From: Elainellaceae cyanobacterium
Lineage (GTDB): Bacteria; Cyanobacteriota; Cyanobacteriia; CAZCXK01
Assembly: GCA_051117555.1 (NCBI GenBank)
Contig: JBNPEG010000048.1
Location: 33,455 to 97,454 of the forward strand
Length of the DNA stretch: 64,000 nt
Direction: 5' to 3'
Below, one piece after another: positions 49,426-58,447 of this stretch; the first letter of the stretch is position 1; each line of letters begins with the position of its first letter. Under the pieces are notes generated by a model. That model ran no database searches, was not told the origin of the DNA, and saw only the letters and a program-made list of their open reading frames with translations. Both the position numbers and the translations under genes were made by a program.

Positions 49426-51231
49426 GTGAGTCAATCTATTCTTGAAATCCGAGATTTATCAGTTGAGTTTCCTACCCGCACCGAGACGGTAAATGCCGTC
49501 AAGCATGTTTCGTTTTCCCTATATTCGGGTGAAACACTAGGCATTGTTGGAGAATCAGGATCGGGTAAATCGGTGACCTCTCTTGCGGCAATGGGGCTGC
49601 TTCCTCACACCGCTCGCGTTACGGGAGACATCTTGTTTCGAGATGCTGAGCTTCCGGGCAATAGTTGGCTGAATCTACTGACGCTTCCACCCGAGCAAAA
49701 GCGAAAATATCGCGGCGGCAAACTGGCGATGATCTTTCAAGAACCGCTGACGTCGCTCAATCCTGTGTTGACCTGTGGGCATCAGGTGGTAGAGGCAATT
49801 TTGCTGCACCAAGACGTTGACCCCAAAGAAGCCTCCCGAACGGCGATCGCCCTCTTTGATGAAGTGCAGCTACCAAACCCGTCTTCCATGATGGATCGCT
49901 ACCCCCATCAGCTTTCGGGCGGGCAGCAGCAGCGCGTCATGATTGCCATCGCCCTAGCTGGAAATCCGGCAATTCTCATCGCAGATGAACCGACGACTGC
50001 TCTGGATGTCACCATTCAAGCCACAATCCTAGACTTATTGCGAGACCTGCGCGATCGCCGGGGCATGTCCGTTATTTTCATCACTCACGACATGGGCGTG
50101 ATTGCCGAAATCGCCGATCGGGTCATGGTTATGTATCAAGGCAGTGCCGTTGAAACGGCTCAAGTCTATGACCTGTTTGCCCATCCTCAGCACCCCTACA
50201 CCCAAGGGTTGTTAAACTGTCGCCCTCGTCCCAATCAGCGACTTCAGCGCTTGCCTACCGTATCTGATTTCATGACCGTCACCCCAACCGCTGACGGAAA
50301 CCTCGAAATCATTTCAAAACTTCATACGCCCGATGAGAAAGATGCGCTGCTGGTAGAAGTAACGGAGCAAGCGGTGCGCGATCGCTACGAATCGCTCCAG
50401 CAGCAGGCGCCATTGCTATCGGTTCGTCACCTTACCAAAGAATTTCCAGTTCGCAGGGGATGGTTTGCGCAGAAACTATCTCTCAAAGCGGTCGATGACG
50501 TTAGCTTTGATGTTTATCCAGGTGAAACATTGGGGCTCGTAGGTGAATCAGGATGCGGTAAATCAACCCTGAGTCGGTGCTTGCTGCGCCTCATTGAGCC
50601 CACATCCGGCGAGATCAACTTTGATGGTCATTCAATCTTGCAAATGGGCGATCGCCCCCTGCGCTCTTTGCGCCGCTTTATGCAAATCATCTTCCAAAAC
50701 CCCTATGGGTCACTAGACGGACGGCAAACAGTGGGGGCTGCCCTGATAGAGCCGATGGTCATCCACAATTTAGAAAACTCAAACGCCGATCGCCGCGCCA
50801 AAGCCATTGATTTGCTAGAACGAGTGGGCTTAGGAGCAGATGCGCTGTCTCGGATGCCCCACGAATTTTCAGGGGGGCAGCGTCAGCGCATTTGTATCGC
50901 CCGTGCCCTTGCCTGCGAGCCTCGCTTTATTATCTGTGATGAGTCAGTCTCCGCATTGGATGTCTCAGTGCAGGCCCAGGTGCTCAACTTACTCAAAGAC
51001 TTGCAGAAAGAGTTTGGGCTGACCTACATCTTTATTTCTCATGATTTAAGCGTTGTGAAATTCGCAAGCGATCGCATCATGGTGATGAACCAAGGGCGCA
51101 TTGAGGAAATTGGTCCGGCGGATGAGATTTATAATCATCCTCAGCAAGAGTACACGCGCAAACTAATCCAAGCCATCCCCGATGCCAAGCTCGACGACAT
51201 TCAAGCCCGCCAGCGCGTGCGGAGCACCTGA
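49426..51231 (+). CDS. Peptide/nickel ABC transporter, fused double ATPase
   Basis: GESGSGKS and GESGCGKS Walker A motifs; [19 protein letters not shown] and HPYT. Confidence 0.95.
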   Translation: MSQSILEIRDLSVEFPTRTETVNAVKHVSFSLYSGETLGIVGESGSGKSVTSLAAMGLLPHTARVTGDILFRDAELPGNSWLNLLTLPPEQKRKYRGGKLAMIFQEPLTSLNPVLTCGHQVVEAILLHQDVDPKEASRTAIALFDEVQLPNPSSMMDRYPHQLSGGQQQRVMIAIALAGNPAILIADEPTTALDVTIQATILDLLRDLRDRRGMSVIFITHDMGVIAEIADRVMVMYQGSAVETAQVYDLFAHPQHPYTQGLLNCRPRPNQRLQRLPTVSDFMTVTPTADGNLEIISKLHTPDEKDALLVEVTEQAVRDRYESLQQQAPLLSVRHLTKEFPVRRGWFAQKLSLKAVDDVSFDVYPGETLGLVGESGCGKSTLSRCLLRLIEPTSGEINFDGHSILQMGDRPLRSLRRFMQIIFQNPYGSLDGRQTVGAALIEPMVIHNLENSNADRRAKAIDLLERVGLGADALSRMPHEFSGGQRQRICIARALACEPRFIICDESVSALDVSVQAQVLNLLKDLQKEFGLTYIFISHDLSVVKFASDRIMVMNQGRIEEIGPADEIYNHPQQEYTRKLIQAIPDAKLDDIQARQRVRST

Positions 51232-51251
51232 TGTGTCCCGATTCTTGAGTC

Positions 51252-52151
51252 TTACTCCATACGGCTCACGGTCGGGTTTGCATCGCCTTGTTCAGTCAGA
51301 TAGTCAAGCTCGGTTAAAAATGCCCGCAGCGCGGTTGGAAAGTCAGGATGGCGCCCAATCACGTTACCCTGGTCATTCAGAATCTCGAGCCCCCAGTCAG
51401 ACGCGCGATCGTATCGAGCCAACATGAGCTCCCAGCCGCTTTCATATTCGTCTAACAAAATTTTCTGAGCCACATATCCGGCTAAAATCCCATTTACTTC
51501 ATACCCCTCTGACTCGGCAGACTCCAAGGTTTGAAACATGCTCCAAGCGCGCGATCGCACGATTTGTTCGTAGGTGTGGGTCATATCGCGAAATTCCCCA
51601 TCTTGAAAGGTCAGAATCACGGATGGAGGATACGACCCCGCATAGGAACTAAATGCATAAAGAAACGCATTGTCATAGGTTGAAAACTCTTGCAACCCGT
51701 CTTCATCGAGATCCCGAAACGTTCCACCCCCTCCGTCTAACATGTCGAGCTGAATGTCCTCAAACTGACTATCTCGCCAGGTATATACGGTAAACGAGGT
51801 ACAGCAATGGGCTCCTCCGGTATAGGTTTCGACGATTACTTCCGGCATTCCATTCTGGTCTAAGTCTCGAAGGCTCACGCCACCTCGATAAAAGGTGGAT
51901 TGAGAGGCTTCTAGTTGCACAGTATCGTCATAGTAAATTTCATAGTGCAGATTCTCTAGTTCGTCGCTTTCGTTAGGCGGTTGATAGCTGACCGACACTC
52001 GAATCGCGCTCTCACTCATGTTTCGATTCTCAAAGGCTTCGGTATCTTGATCTAAGGTAATACGCAGATCTGAGTCCGCCAGGGCTGGAGGAGAGATCAC
52101 TAGGGCGATCGCACTACAGAATGAGAATACAGACTGGCTAAAAAATTTCAT
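51252..52151 (-). CDS. Secreted hypothetical protein with FG-GAP/Ca-binding-like DLDxDG motifs
   Basis: Signal peptide (PALA|D); RDLDQNGMPE, YTGGAHCC and RDLDEDGLQE. Confidence 0.75.
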   Translation of the reverse strand: MKFFSQSVFSFCSAIALVISPPALADSDLRITLDQDTEAFENRNMSESAIRVSVSYQPPNESDELENLHYEIYYDDTVQLEASQSTFYRGGVSLRDLDQNGMPEVIVETYTGGAHCCTSFTVYTWRDSQFEDIQLDMLDGGGGTFRDLDEDGLQEFSTYDNAFLYAFSSYAGSYPPSVILTFQDGEFRDMTHTYEQIVRSRAWSMFQTLESAESEGYEVNGILAGYVAQKILLDEYESGWELMLARYDRASDWGLEILNDQGNVIGRHPDFPTALRAFLTELDYLTEQGDANPTVSRME

Positions 52152-52209
52152 CACGTTCCTTGATTTATCGTCCTCATCGGAGGAATGATCACGCAGCAAA
52201 CGGCATTAC

Positions 52210-52698
52210 CTATCCCAAACGAGACAAAATCAGAATATTAGTAACACCCAACGTTTCTAGAGAAATCCAACCGATAAACACCCCATATGCACCCAACAAC
52301 AACCAGCATTCACCGCGAGTCAGGGTGAGACAAGTCCGCATCATTGTAAACAGCAGAATGGTTGCCAGGGTCAATACCCCCATCATAGGAGCAGCGATCG
52401 CAAAATCAATGATTGATGCTCCGGCAATCAAAACACCTGCCGGAATCGCCACCAGCAAATCAAAAATATTGCTTCCCCAAACAGTTGCCATGCTGACGAT
52501 TGATTTCCCTTGGCGGGCGGCTCGAATACTGACAAATGCATCTGGGAGGCTAGTTGCCGCCGCAATCACGGTCAATCCCCACAGAAAAGAAGGGGTTCCC
52601 AAAACATCACCCAATCCAATTGCAGCACGAAGCAATCCTTCTACGCTACCGACAATAATTCCAAGGCTAGCGCATAGCCGCATCCATTCCCGACCCAC
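52210..52698 (-). pseudogene. C-terminal half of a Na+/Ca2+ (CaCA) antiporter
   Basis: Single alpha repeat AAATSLPDA...GSNIFD; no N-terminal half, starts immediately after the upstream gene's stop. Confidence 0.7.
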
Positions 52699-52703
52699 AA
52701 CAT

Positions 52704-53321
52704 CTAGTCAGCAAAATACACTCCCCAGATTGAGTAGCTGCCTTGCTGCATGTCATTTTCATTCTCATAGAAGGCAACTTCTACGTCTGGGGTTCCTTCA
52801 CCTTGCTCCGCCGAGTCAAGCATAAGCCCTACAACGGAATAGGACGTGCCATCTAAGACAAGTGGCTGATCAAGACTTAACAGATATTCATAATCGGTTT
52901 GAGATATGACTGTATAGGGTGTTGACCCTATATCACTCCACCTGATTTCGTCAGGCGTTACTGTCATTTCTCCAAACGCAAATAGGCTCTCCGATAGAGG
53001 CTGCCATTGTCTTAACATCTGGTCTGGCAATGATTGACCAGACGAGGTAGGTGGGCTTGGAGGAGGAGAAGGGCTTTGAGCAAGGGGAGCCGCACTTTCA
53101 GATGATGGAGTTGATTCAGAGGATGGAGTTGATTCAGAGGATGGAGAAGACTGAGTTGCCTGAGGCACCGGTTCCACTGGGGATGGACTATCAGCAATCG
53201 ACGACGAGTCAGGCGATGTGCGACACCCTACGCTGAGCGTGAGCACTGCCCACGTCCCGCATACCCATGCTCCATTTAAAGTGAAGCGTCTCAGCAATTG
53301 TTGGAATGAATCGGGAAACAT
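52704..53321 (-). CDS. Hypothetical lipoprotein with Ser/Pro-rich linker
   Basis: Lipobox-like LSVGC; SSESTP x2 (18-bp tandem repeat ~53104-53145). Confidence 0.7.
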   Translation of the reverse strand: MFPDSFQQLLRRFTLNGAWVCGTWAVLTLSVGCRTSPDSSSIADSPSPVEPVPQATQSSPSSESTPSSESTPSSESAAPLAQSPSPPPSPPTSSGQSLPDQMLRQWQPLSESLFAFGEMTVTPDEIRWSDIGSTPYTVISQTDYEYLLSLDQPLVLDGTSYSVVGLMLDSAEQGEGTPDVEVAFYENENDMQQGSYSIWGVYFAD

Positions 53322-53526
53322 CGTACTGACAAACCATCCATAGTTGCAATTCAAAACATAGCTAATCGGCTTACATTTGGGGCTTACGGATTCCAGTCCC
53401 AAATTTTAGGTGACAGGTTTAGCGCGTCGGCGCGTTGAAAAGCACCCGTCTTCGGCTATTGCTAAGACCATTCACCTATTGAATCGGTAACTGCGTAAGC
53501 CCCGTCCTCTTAGTAATTACGACTGA

Positions 53527-53817
53527 TTACCGATTCCGGTTTGGTTCGCCGCTGAAGGGTTGAGTTCCTGTTGTCGGATAATTGTCGTGTTCTGGGCTGA
53601 AAATTTCGAGCACCGCTTCAGCCAGAGTTCTAAAGAAGCCTGGCTGCTGCTTTAACTCATCAATGGCATCTTCGACATGGTCAGGAGAAAACTGAAATCC
53701 CTCTTTTTGCCCTAAGCCAACTAGTTCATCTTTACTGGTGACGGATTGAAGCTCGCGTTTTAGCTGCTCATCCTCCGCTGCCTTGGTGAAGAATTGAAGT
53801 ACCTTCTCTTTGGACAT
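53527..53817 (-). CDS. Nif11-like leader peptide protein
   Basis: MSKEKVLQFFTKAAEDEQLKRELQ...ELVGLGQKEGFQFS. Confidence 0.85.
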   Translation of the reverse strand: MSKEKVLQFFTKAAEDEQLKRELQSVTSKDELVGLGQKEGFQFSPDHVEDAIDELKQQPGFFRTLAEAVLEIFSPEHDNYPTTGTQPFSGEPNRNR

Positions 53818-53960
53818 AGTTATCCACCCGTATCTTAAGCTACAAATTTGCGTCCTGTAGTTCTAGGATATCTTCTCTAGCTCTAGATACTGCAATCAAT
53901 TCGTTAAGACAAGGTACAGAGAAACATAGAGGAACATAGATGCATGGATGGTAAGAGGGA

Positions 53961-54008
53961 TATAGCAAACTCCTGCTATGGAAGAGTCCAAAGCAGGTAT
54001 CCGCTATA
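53961..54008. repeat. 48-bp TATAGC...GCTATA mini-element or hairpin
   Basis: TATAGCAAACTCCTGCT...AGCAGGTATCCGCTATA. Confidence 0.45.
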
Positions 54009-54037
54009 CTCAAAGCCGTCGTGGGTCAATTGAGCGT

Positions 54038-54751
54038 TTATGAGATTCGGCTTGCATCTGCCACTTCTTTCGACACACTATATAGCCCGGTCTTTCCGCG
54101 ATACCACTTTTTGTTTCTTAGGCCTACCGATAACACGTTGGATAGGCGATCGCGCGCACTGGTGCGGGCAGGCTTGGGAATATCATCCACGAAGATGGCA
54201 TCAATAATGCTGGGCACTTCTACCACTTCCTTGGGATGGTCTTGAAGCACCGCTAATACAGCTTGTGGCAATGAGCGATCGCTATATTCTTTGCGAACAT
54301 AGGGTTGCCAGTCGCTCGACTTCTTGCTCTTAGCGCTCGATTTTTGAGAGGTTGTTGCACTCTTTGTCGATGGTTTCGCAGCGGATTTAGGAGCTTTGGA
54401 CGCTTTACTCTGACGTGCAGAGCTTTGACGTTTCGGTGATTTATCGTCAGATGCAGAATCTTCTTCTTTAAGGGTAGACGGTTTATCTACTGACTTGGCA
54501 GCAGCTTCAGGAGATTCAGAAACAAACCCATTCACTGCAGATGATACCGCTTCATCGAGCGGAACCCCGGATGAAACTGGCTCACCGGACGACGAAAACA
54601 TGTGAATTACGGTTTGCAGGCTTTTCCGCTTTTCTTGAATAGCTTCGAGTTGAGCCGCTAGCTGGACTTCCTGAGAAGCAAGCTCGGTGTCCACCTCTAA
54701 AAGTTTGGTCTCCATGGGCTCGGACGGGGATTGAACAGAAGATTTCGGCAT
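54038..54751 (-). CDS. Hypothetical protein: N-terminal coiled coil, basic linker, possible C-terminal winged helix
   Basis: LLEVDTELASQEVQLAAQLEAIQEKRKSL; K/S/A-rich linker; RDRLSNVLSVG...WYRGKTGLYS. Confidence 0.75.
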   Translation of the reverse strand: MPKSSVQSPSEPMETKLLEVDTELASQEVQLAAQLEAIQEKRKSLQTVIHMFSSSGEPVSSGVPLDEAVSSAVNGFVSESPEAAAKSVDKPSTLKEEDSASDDKSPKRQSSARQSKASKAPKSAAKPSTKSATTSQKSSAKSKKSSDWQPYVRKEYSDRSLPQAVLAVLQDHPKEVVEVPSIIDAIFVDDIPKPARTSARDRLSNVLSVGLRNKKWYRGKTGLYSVSKEVADASRIS

Positions 54752-55944
54752 AAAACTACCTCAACTATGAAAAGATACAGAGTTTAATTCGAAGAAACTG
54801 TAAACCATTACGCTATGCGAGCAAAAATACTCTGCAATGATTTTGCAATGATTTATATCGTCATGTATCACGGATGCTGTGATTTTCAAGCAAGCTGAAC
54901 ATTTTTAGGTTGTATCGCAACATATTAGCAAACATTTCATGAAGCGATCGCTCTTTAATATTAGTAGATTTAGAACGACTTTGAATACATTTTGACAAGA
55001 ATTACGCTTAATAATGGAGTGACGCTGTTAAGTTAATAGCTTCCCTAAGACAGTCCTTTCCCTGTCATACATTGCCTCCAACTCACGCATACACGATTAC
55101 GTCTTAGATTCTATGGAGTCTAAGATTTTCCCTATGCTGTCAGAATATTGATCTTTCCTTTCTAAAATCCTGCATACCAGGGTCGCTTATGTCAGGATTT
55201 AGCTAAATATATTAACTGATTACATAAATAGCTATCTCGTTTAAGAATAGACCGTCCAATCATTAGTGGTTGTCTCCATCTACCAACGTGAGAAGAGTCT
55301 ATCCAAGACCAGAACAATTAACACCGTCAGTGGTATTGAAACGTCGATCTGCTAAAAATCTACTAACCATTTGTGACGGCAAACAATAACCATAATTTAT
55401 GATTACTTAGTGATTGATGCTATCTCAGCTAATCTAACTGCTTCCGAATAATGCCAGAACTATCAGGATTAGTTATTCTGCTTGCGATTTCATTGTTGTA
55501 CTTTCATCTACTTGGATTTCGAGAAAGCAAATATGAATACCAATCATCCCTGACGCGGTAGCGTCATCCTCAAGGATGAAAGGGAGTATAACGTATTAAC
55601 CTGGCAATCATGGTTCTTGCAGATCTAAAGCCGGGTTTTGCTTGCGCTCAATATTTGAAAATGATGGATTGAGTAGAGTCAACATGTCGTCTCAATCTAT
55701 GCTTGTTCTTTTATGACCTAGCAGGAGGGTGATAGCATGGGCGCTTTATGGGAGTGCGACTTGACTCGAGCGTGTGCTGCTGCGATCGGGAGTCAACAGT
55801 ATGTTGGCAAGGGCGATCGCCTACTTTCACCGCTCTAATTGCTAGAATCAGACCCGTCACTCTGGGAGCATTGAGATGAGAGATTGGTAGAGCGTGTAGC
55901 GGCAAGAAGAATATTAGAGGTGGATTAAGAAGCACAAGCAGTCT

Positions 55945-56133
55945 TTATGATGGGTTCGATGGCTCGACAGCTTCAGGTCGAGCCATCCAGGGCTTGTCTC
56001 TTACAGATATGTTCTGGTCAATGATCCCTACTGGAATTTCTAATTTGCAGCTCTTGCAAAACCAACATATCTGCTGATTGCGAATATGGCGAAGGAGTAT
56101 GTCTCCGCAGCACGGACAAAAATTGCATGCCAT
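55945..56133 (-). CDS. Small zinc-ribbon protein
   Basis: CPCCGDILLRHIR...WFCKSCKLEIP. Confidence 0.75.
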   Translation of the reverse strand: MACNFCPCCGDILLRHIRNQQICWFCKSCKLEIPVGIIDQNISVRDKPWMARPEAVEPSNPS

Positions 56134-56344
56134 GTCTGACGTTTGAGTAAGGTAAAAATTGAATCGATTCAATTTTGCTAAGACTGAGAGACTCTCAAAT
56201 ATACTCAGCGTGCTAACGCTCAATCGTTGCTGTAGTATCCGATCTCATTTAGTTCGGTCATGCCCACCGACTCCCAAACAAACAAAGATTAAGCTGTGAA
56301 TAGTTAAAGATTCAACCTAAATTTCCACGATTGGAGGACTAATC

Positions 56345-56785
56345 ATGGTTATTATTCACCGGGCTCCGTTACGAGAAATGGACAATTTGCATCATGAGAT
56401 GAATCAACTCTTGGATGATGTTTTTATGCCTTCGACACACAAAGGTAATGCCTCCTCTATTGTGCCCGCCGTCGAAATGGAAGAAACATCCGATGCGATT
56501 CTTTTAAAAGCAGAAATTCCGGGTGTTGATGCGAACGATTTAGACATTCAGGTCACGGCTGATTCTGTTCTGATTCGAGGCGATCGCAAGTCTGAAACTC
56601 GCCCAGATCAGCGCCACTCAACTCGCAGCGAATTCCGCTACGGCACTTTTCATAGAGTGATTCCACTGTCGGTTCGTATCAACAATCAGAAAGTAAATGC
56701 AGATTACAAAAACGGTATTTTGAGCCTACACTTGCCGAAAGCCGAGGATGAAAAAAATAAGGTTTTCAAGGTAAGTTTGGCCTAG
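56345..56785 (+). CDS. hspA: Hsp20/alpha-crystallin small heat-shock protein
   Basis: PAVEM, AEIPGV, RSEFRYGTFHR and YKNGILSLHLPK; GGAGG RBS. Confidence 0.93.
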   Translation: MVIIHRAPLREMDNLHHEMNQLLDDVFMPSTHKGNASSIVPAVEMEETSDAILLKAEIPGVDANDLDIQVTADSVLIRGDRKSETRPDQRHSTRSEFRYGTFHRVIPLSVRINNQKVNADYKNGILSLHLPKAEDEKNKVFKVSLA

Positions 56786-56849
56786 GGTTGCCTGTTGAGT
56801 AGTCATCGGCATTAGTAGGCGATCGAGTTCCGTACGTGTGCTAAAGTAG

Positions 56850-56884
56850 CATATTCGCTTCTGGTACATCTAGGAGCGAATATG
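56850..56884 (+). terminator. Hairpin after hsp20
   Basis: CATATTCGCT...AGCGAATATG. Confidence 0.55.
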
Positions 56885-57033
56885 GCAATCCCAAATGATT
56901 TGTAAAAATCCCCAGGACGCCAACGCTTGTCCGATGCATCGCATCAGCGTCTCGTTTCTCCTGATGGAGAGGCGTTGCCAATGCGGGCAAGATGCCCGCA
57001 CTCCCATTTCATGAATGATTTAGGGTTGCTATA
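56881..57033. mobile_element. 153-bp MITE-like element with a REP-like hairpin inside
   Basis: Imperfect 27-bp TIRs TATGGCAATCCCAAATGATTTGTAAAA / TTTCATGAATGATTTAGGGTTGCTATA; internal GCGGGCAAGATGCCCGC. Confidence 0.7.
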
Positions 57034-57489
57034 GGGAGGGCGATCGCCTTTCACCCCTCTAGCAATATATTATATTCTCTGATAACGAATATTTCAAGAC
57101 TAGCAAAGATCGTTATAACCCAGTGATATAAGGTATTTAACGCCTATAATCTAACCTACGAACGTTGCAAACTTCAGAATTTTTCTCTACTCTATCAATA
57201 GAGGTAGATTGCTTAGTCCTGTCATTGGTAGTGGCACTAAGGCAATAAGTTGAGCAGTCAGAAAAGCTTTAATTGGACGTTTATTGACTTGAATAGTCAT
57301 TTTACTACCGAAGGATTAGCGTGCAAACGCACAGTTTTTAGATGCGTTGCACTCGCAAGGAGTTGCCTGTGTTGTGTAACTTCTTGCTTCATGCAGTTTT
57401 AGTAAAAGCTTTGAAGATCGTGCCTAGCCCTACCTTATTTGGAGTGTCATCTGTTGGCACTAATGTCGCATTGAGAAAGAGGCAATAGA

Positions 57490-57690
57490 ATGCGCTCTCG
57501 TTATCCTAGACGAAATTCGTTTCGCTCTCGACTAAATAAATGCATCACCGCAAGTCTTGCTGTCATAGCGGTTACGCTTTGGATTCTTGCAAATTCTTCG
57601 ACAAATGCTGCGATTGAGCAAGATCCAAGCTCAGATGTATTCTACGCAGACCTGACTGTAGCATCCGATGTGGTGCAATCTCTGCGATGA
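57490..57690 (+). CDS. Candidate 66-aa protein with a signal- or TM-like segment
   Basis: Basic N-terminus followed by ITASLAVIAVTLWILA; purine-rich upstream sequence. Confidence 0.45.
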   Translation: MRSRYPRRNSFRSRLNKCITASLAVIAVTLWILANSSTNAAIEQDPSSDVFYADLTVASDVVQSLR

Positions 57691-58447
57691 TGAGATATTA
57701 GTCGCTAGATTAGCGTGACTCAGAGTAAAGGCGATCGCACTACTCTGTTAACTAACTGAGACAGACGTGGAAAATTCAGATATACAGGCTGAAACTCCAT
57801 TGTCTGTCTTTGATTGATATAATTCTCTAGTCAGAGATAGATGGCAATGGGCACTCTTGGAGCGTTTAGCCTGTAACCTACGCTTCAGTCTTAGCCTGAG
57901 TATACTAGCGTCGAACCATTGACTCGAATTGACGTTATAGCCAACTATACATTCCCTCACGATCGGAAAAATAGTAGGCATAATTTATATACCGAAGCAT
58001 CTCAAAATTTTGACCCAGGCTGGAATTGTTACTCGCCAGCAACAGGGAGTTTGTGGTTACTATCAAATTTAGAATCCGTTTGTATTCGAACTGTGTGAAC
58101 TAGTTTGTGATGCCCTTATCTATTCAAATTGAGCAGCAAAACAAGCGCCTTGAGCAGCTAGGAGCGATCCGCCAGAATCGCTGAGAATTCTATGCTTGAG
58201 TTCATTATTGAGAAGGGACGTGGAGTGCTACGTCCCTTTTCGATGAGATTCAGCGGAAAAGTTTGGTGAGGGGTTGCCTTACGAATCGTCACGCTGTGAA
58301 TTTTCTTGTAAGAATTTACCTCATCTACATTATTGAATCTGATCAAGCGGTAGTTGAAGCTTGGAAAAGAGTGATGATCGTGGAAAGCAATTTAGCATGT
58401 ATAGCGGTAACTCATTCTATCCATTATCATCCCCTGCCATTGCCATA

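Noticed and set aside
52160..52825. 221-aa + strand ORF
   Set aside because: Antisense shadow of the CaCA fragment and the lipoprotein gene.
36405..53515. CCCCGTCCT motifs at ~36413 and ~53500 resembling IS200/IS605 ends
   Set aside because: Only half of the expected hairpin is present, and no tnpA/tnpB remnant is recognisable nearby.
55547..55585. Possible riboswitch or hammerhead ribozyme
   Set aside because: Lacks the CUGANGA core and does not match a riboswitch consensus I recognise; the inner part resembles the SDR-like repeats at 62276 and 39780.
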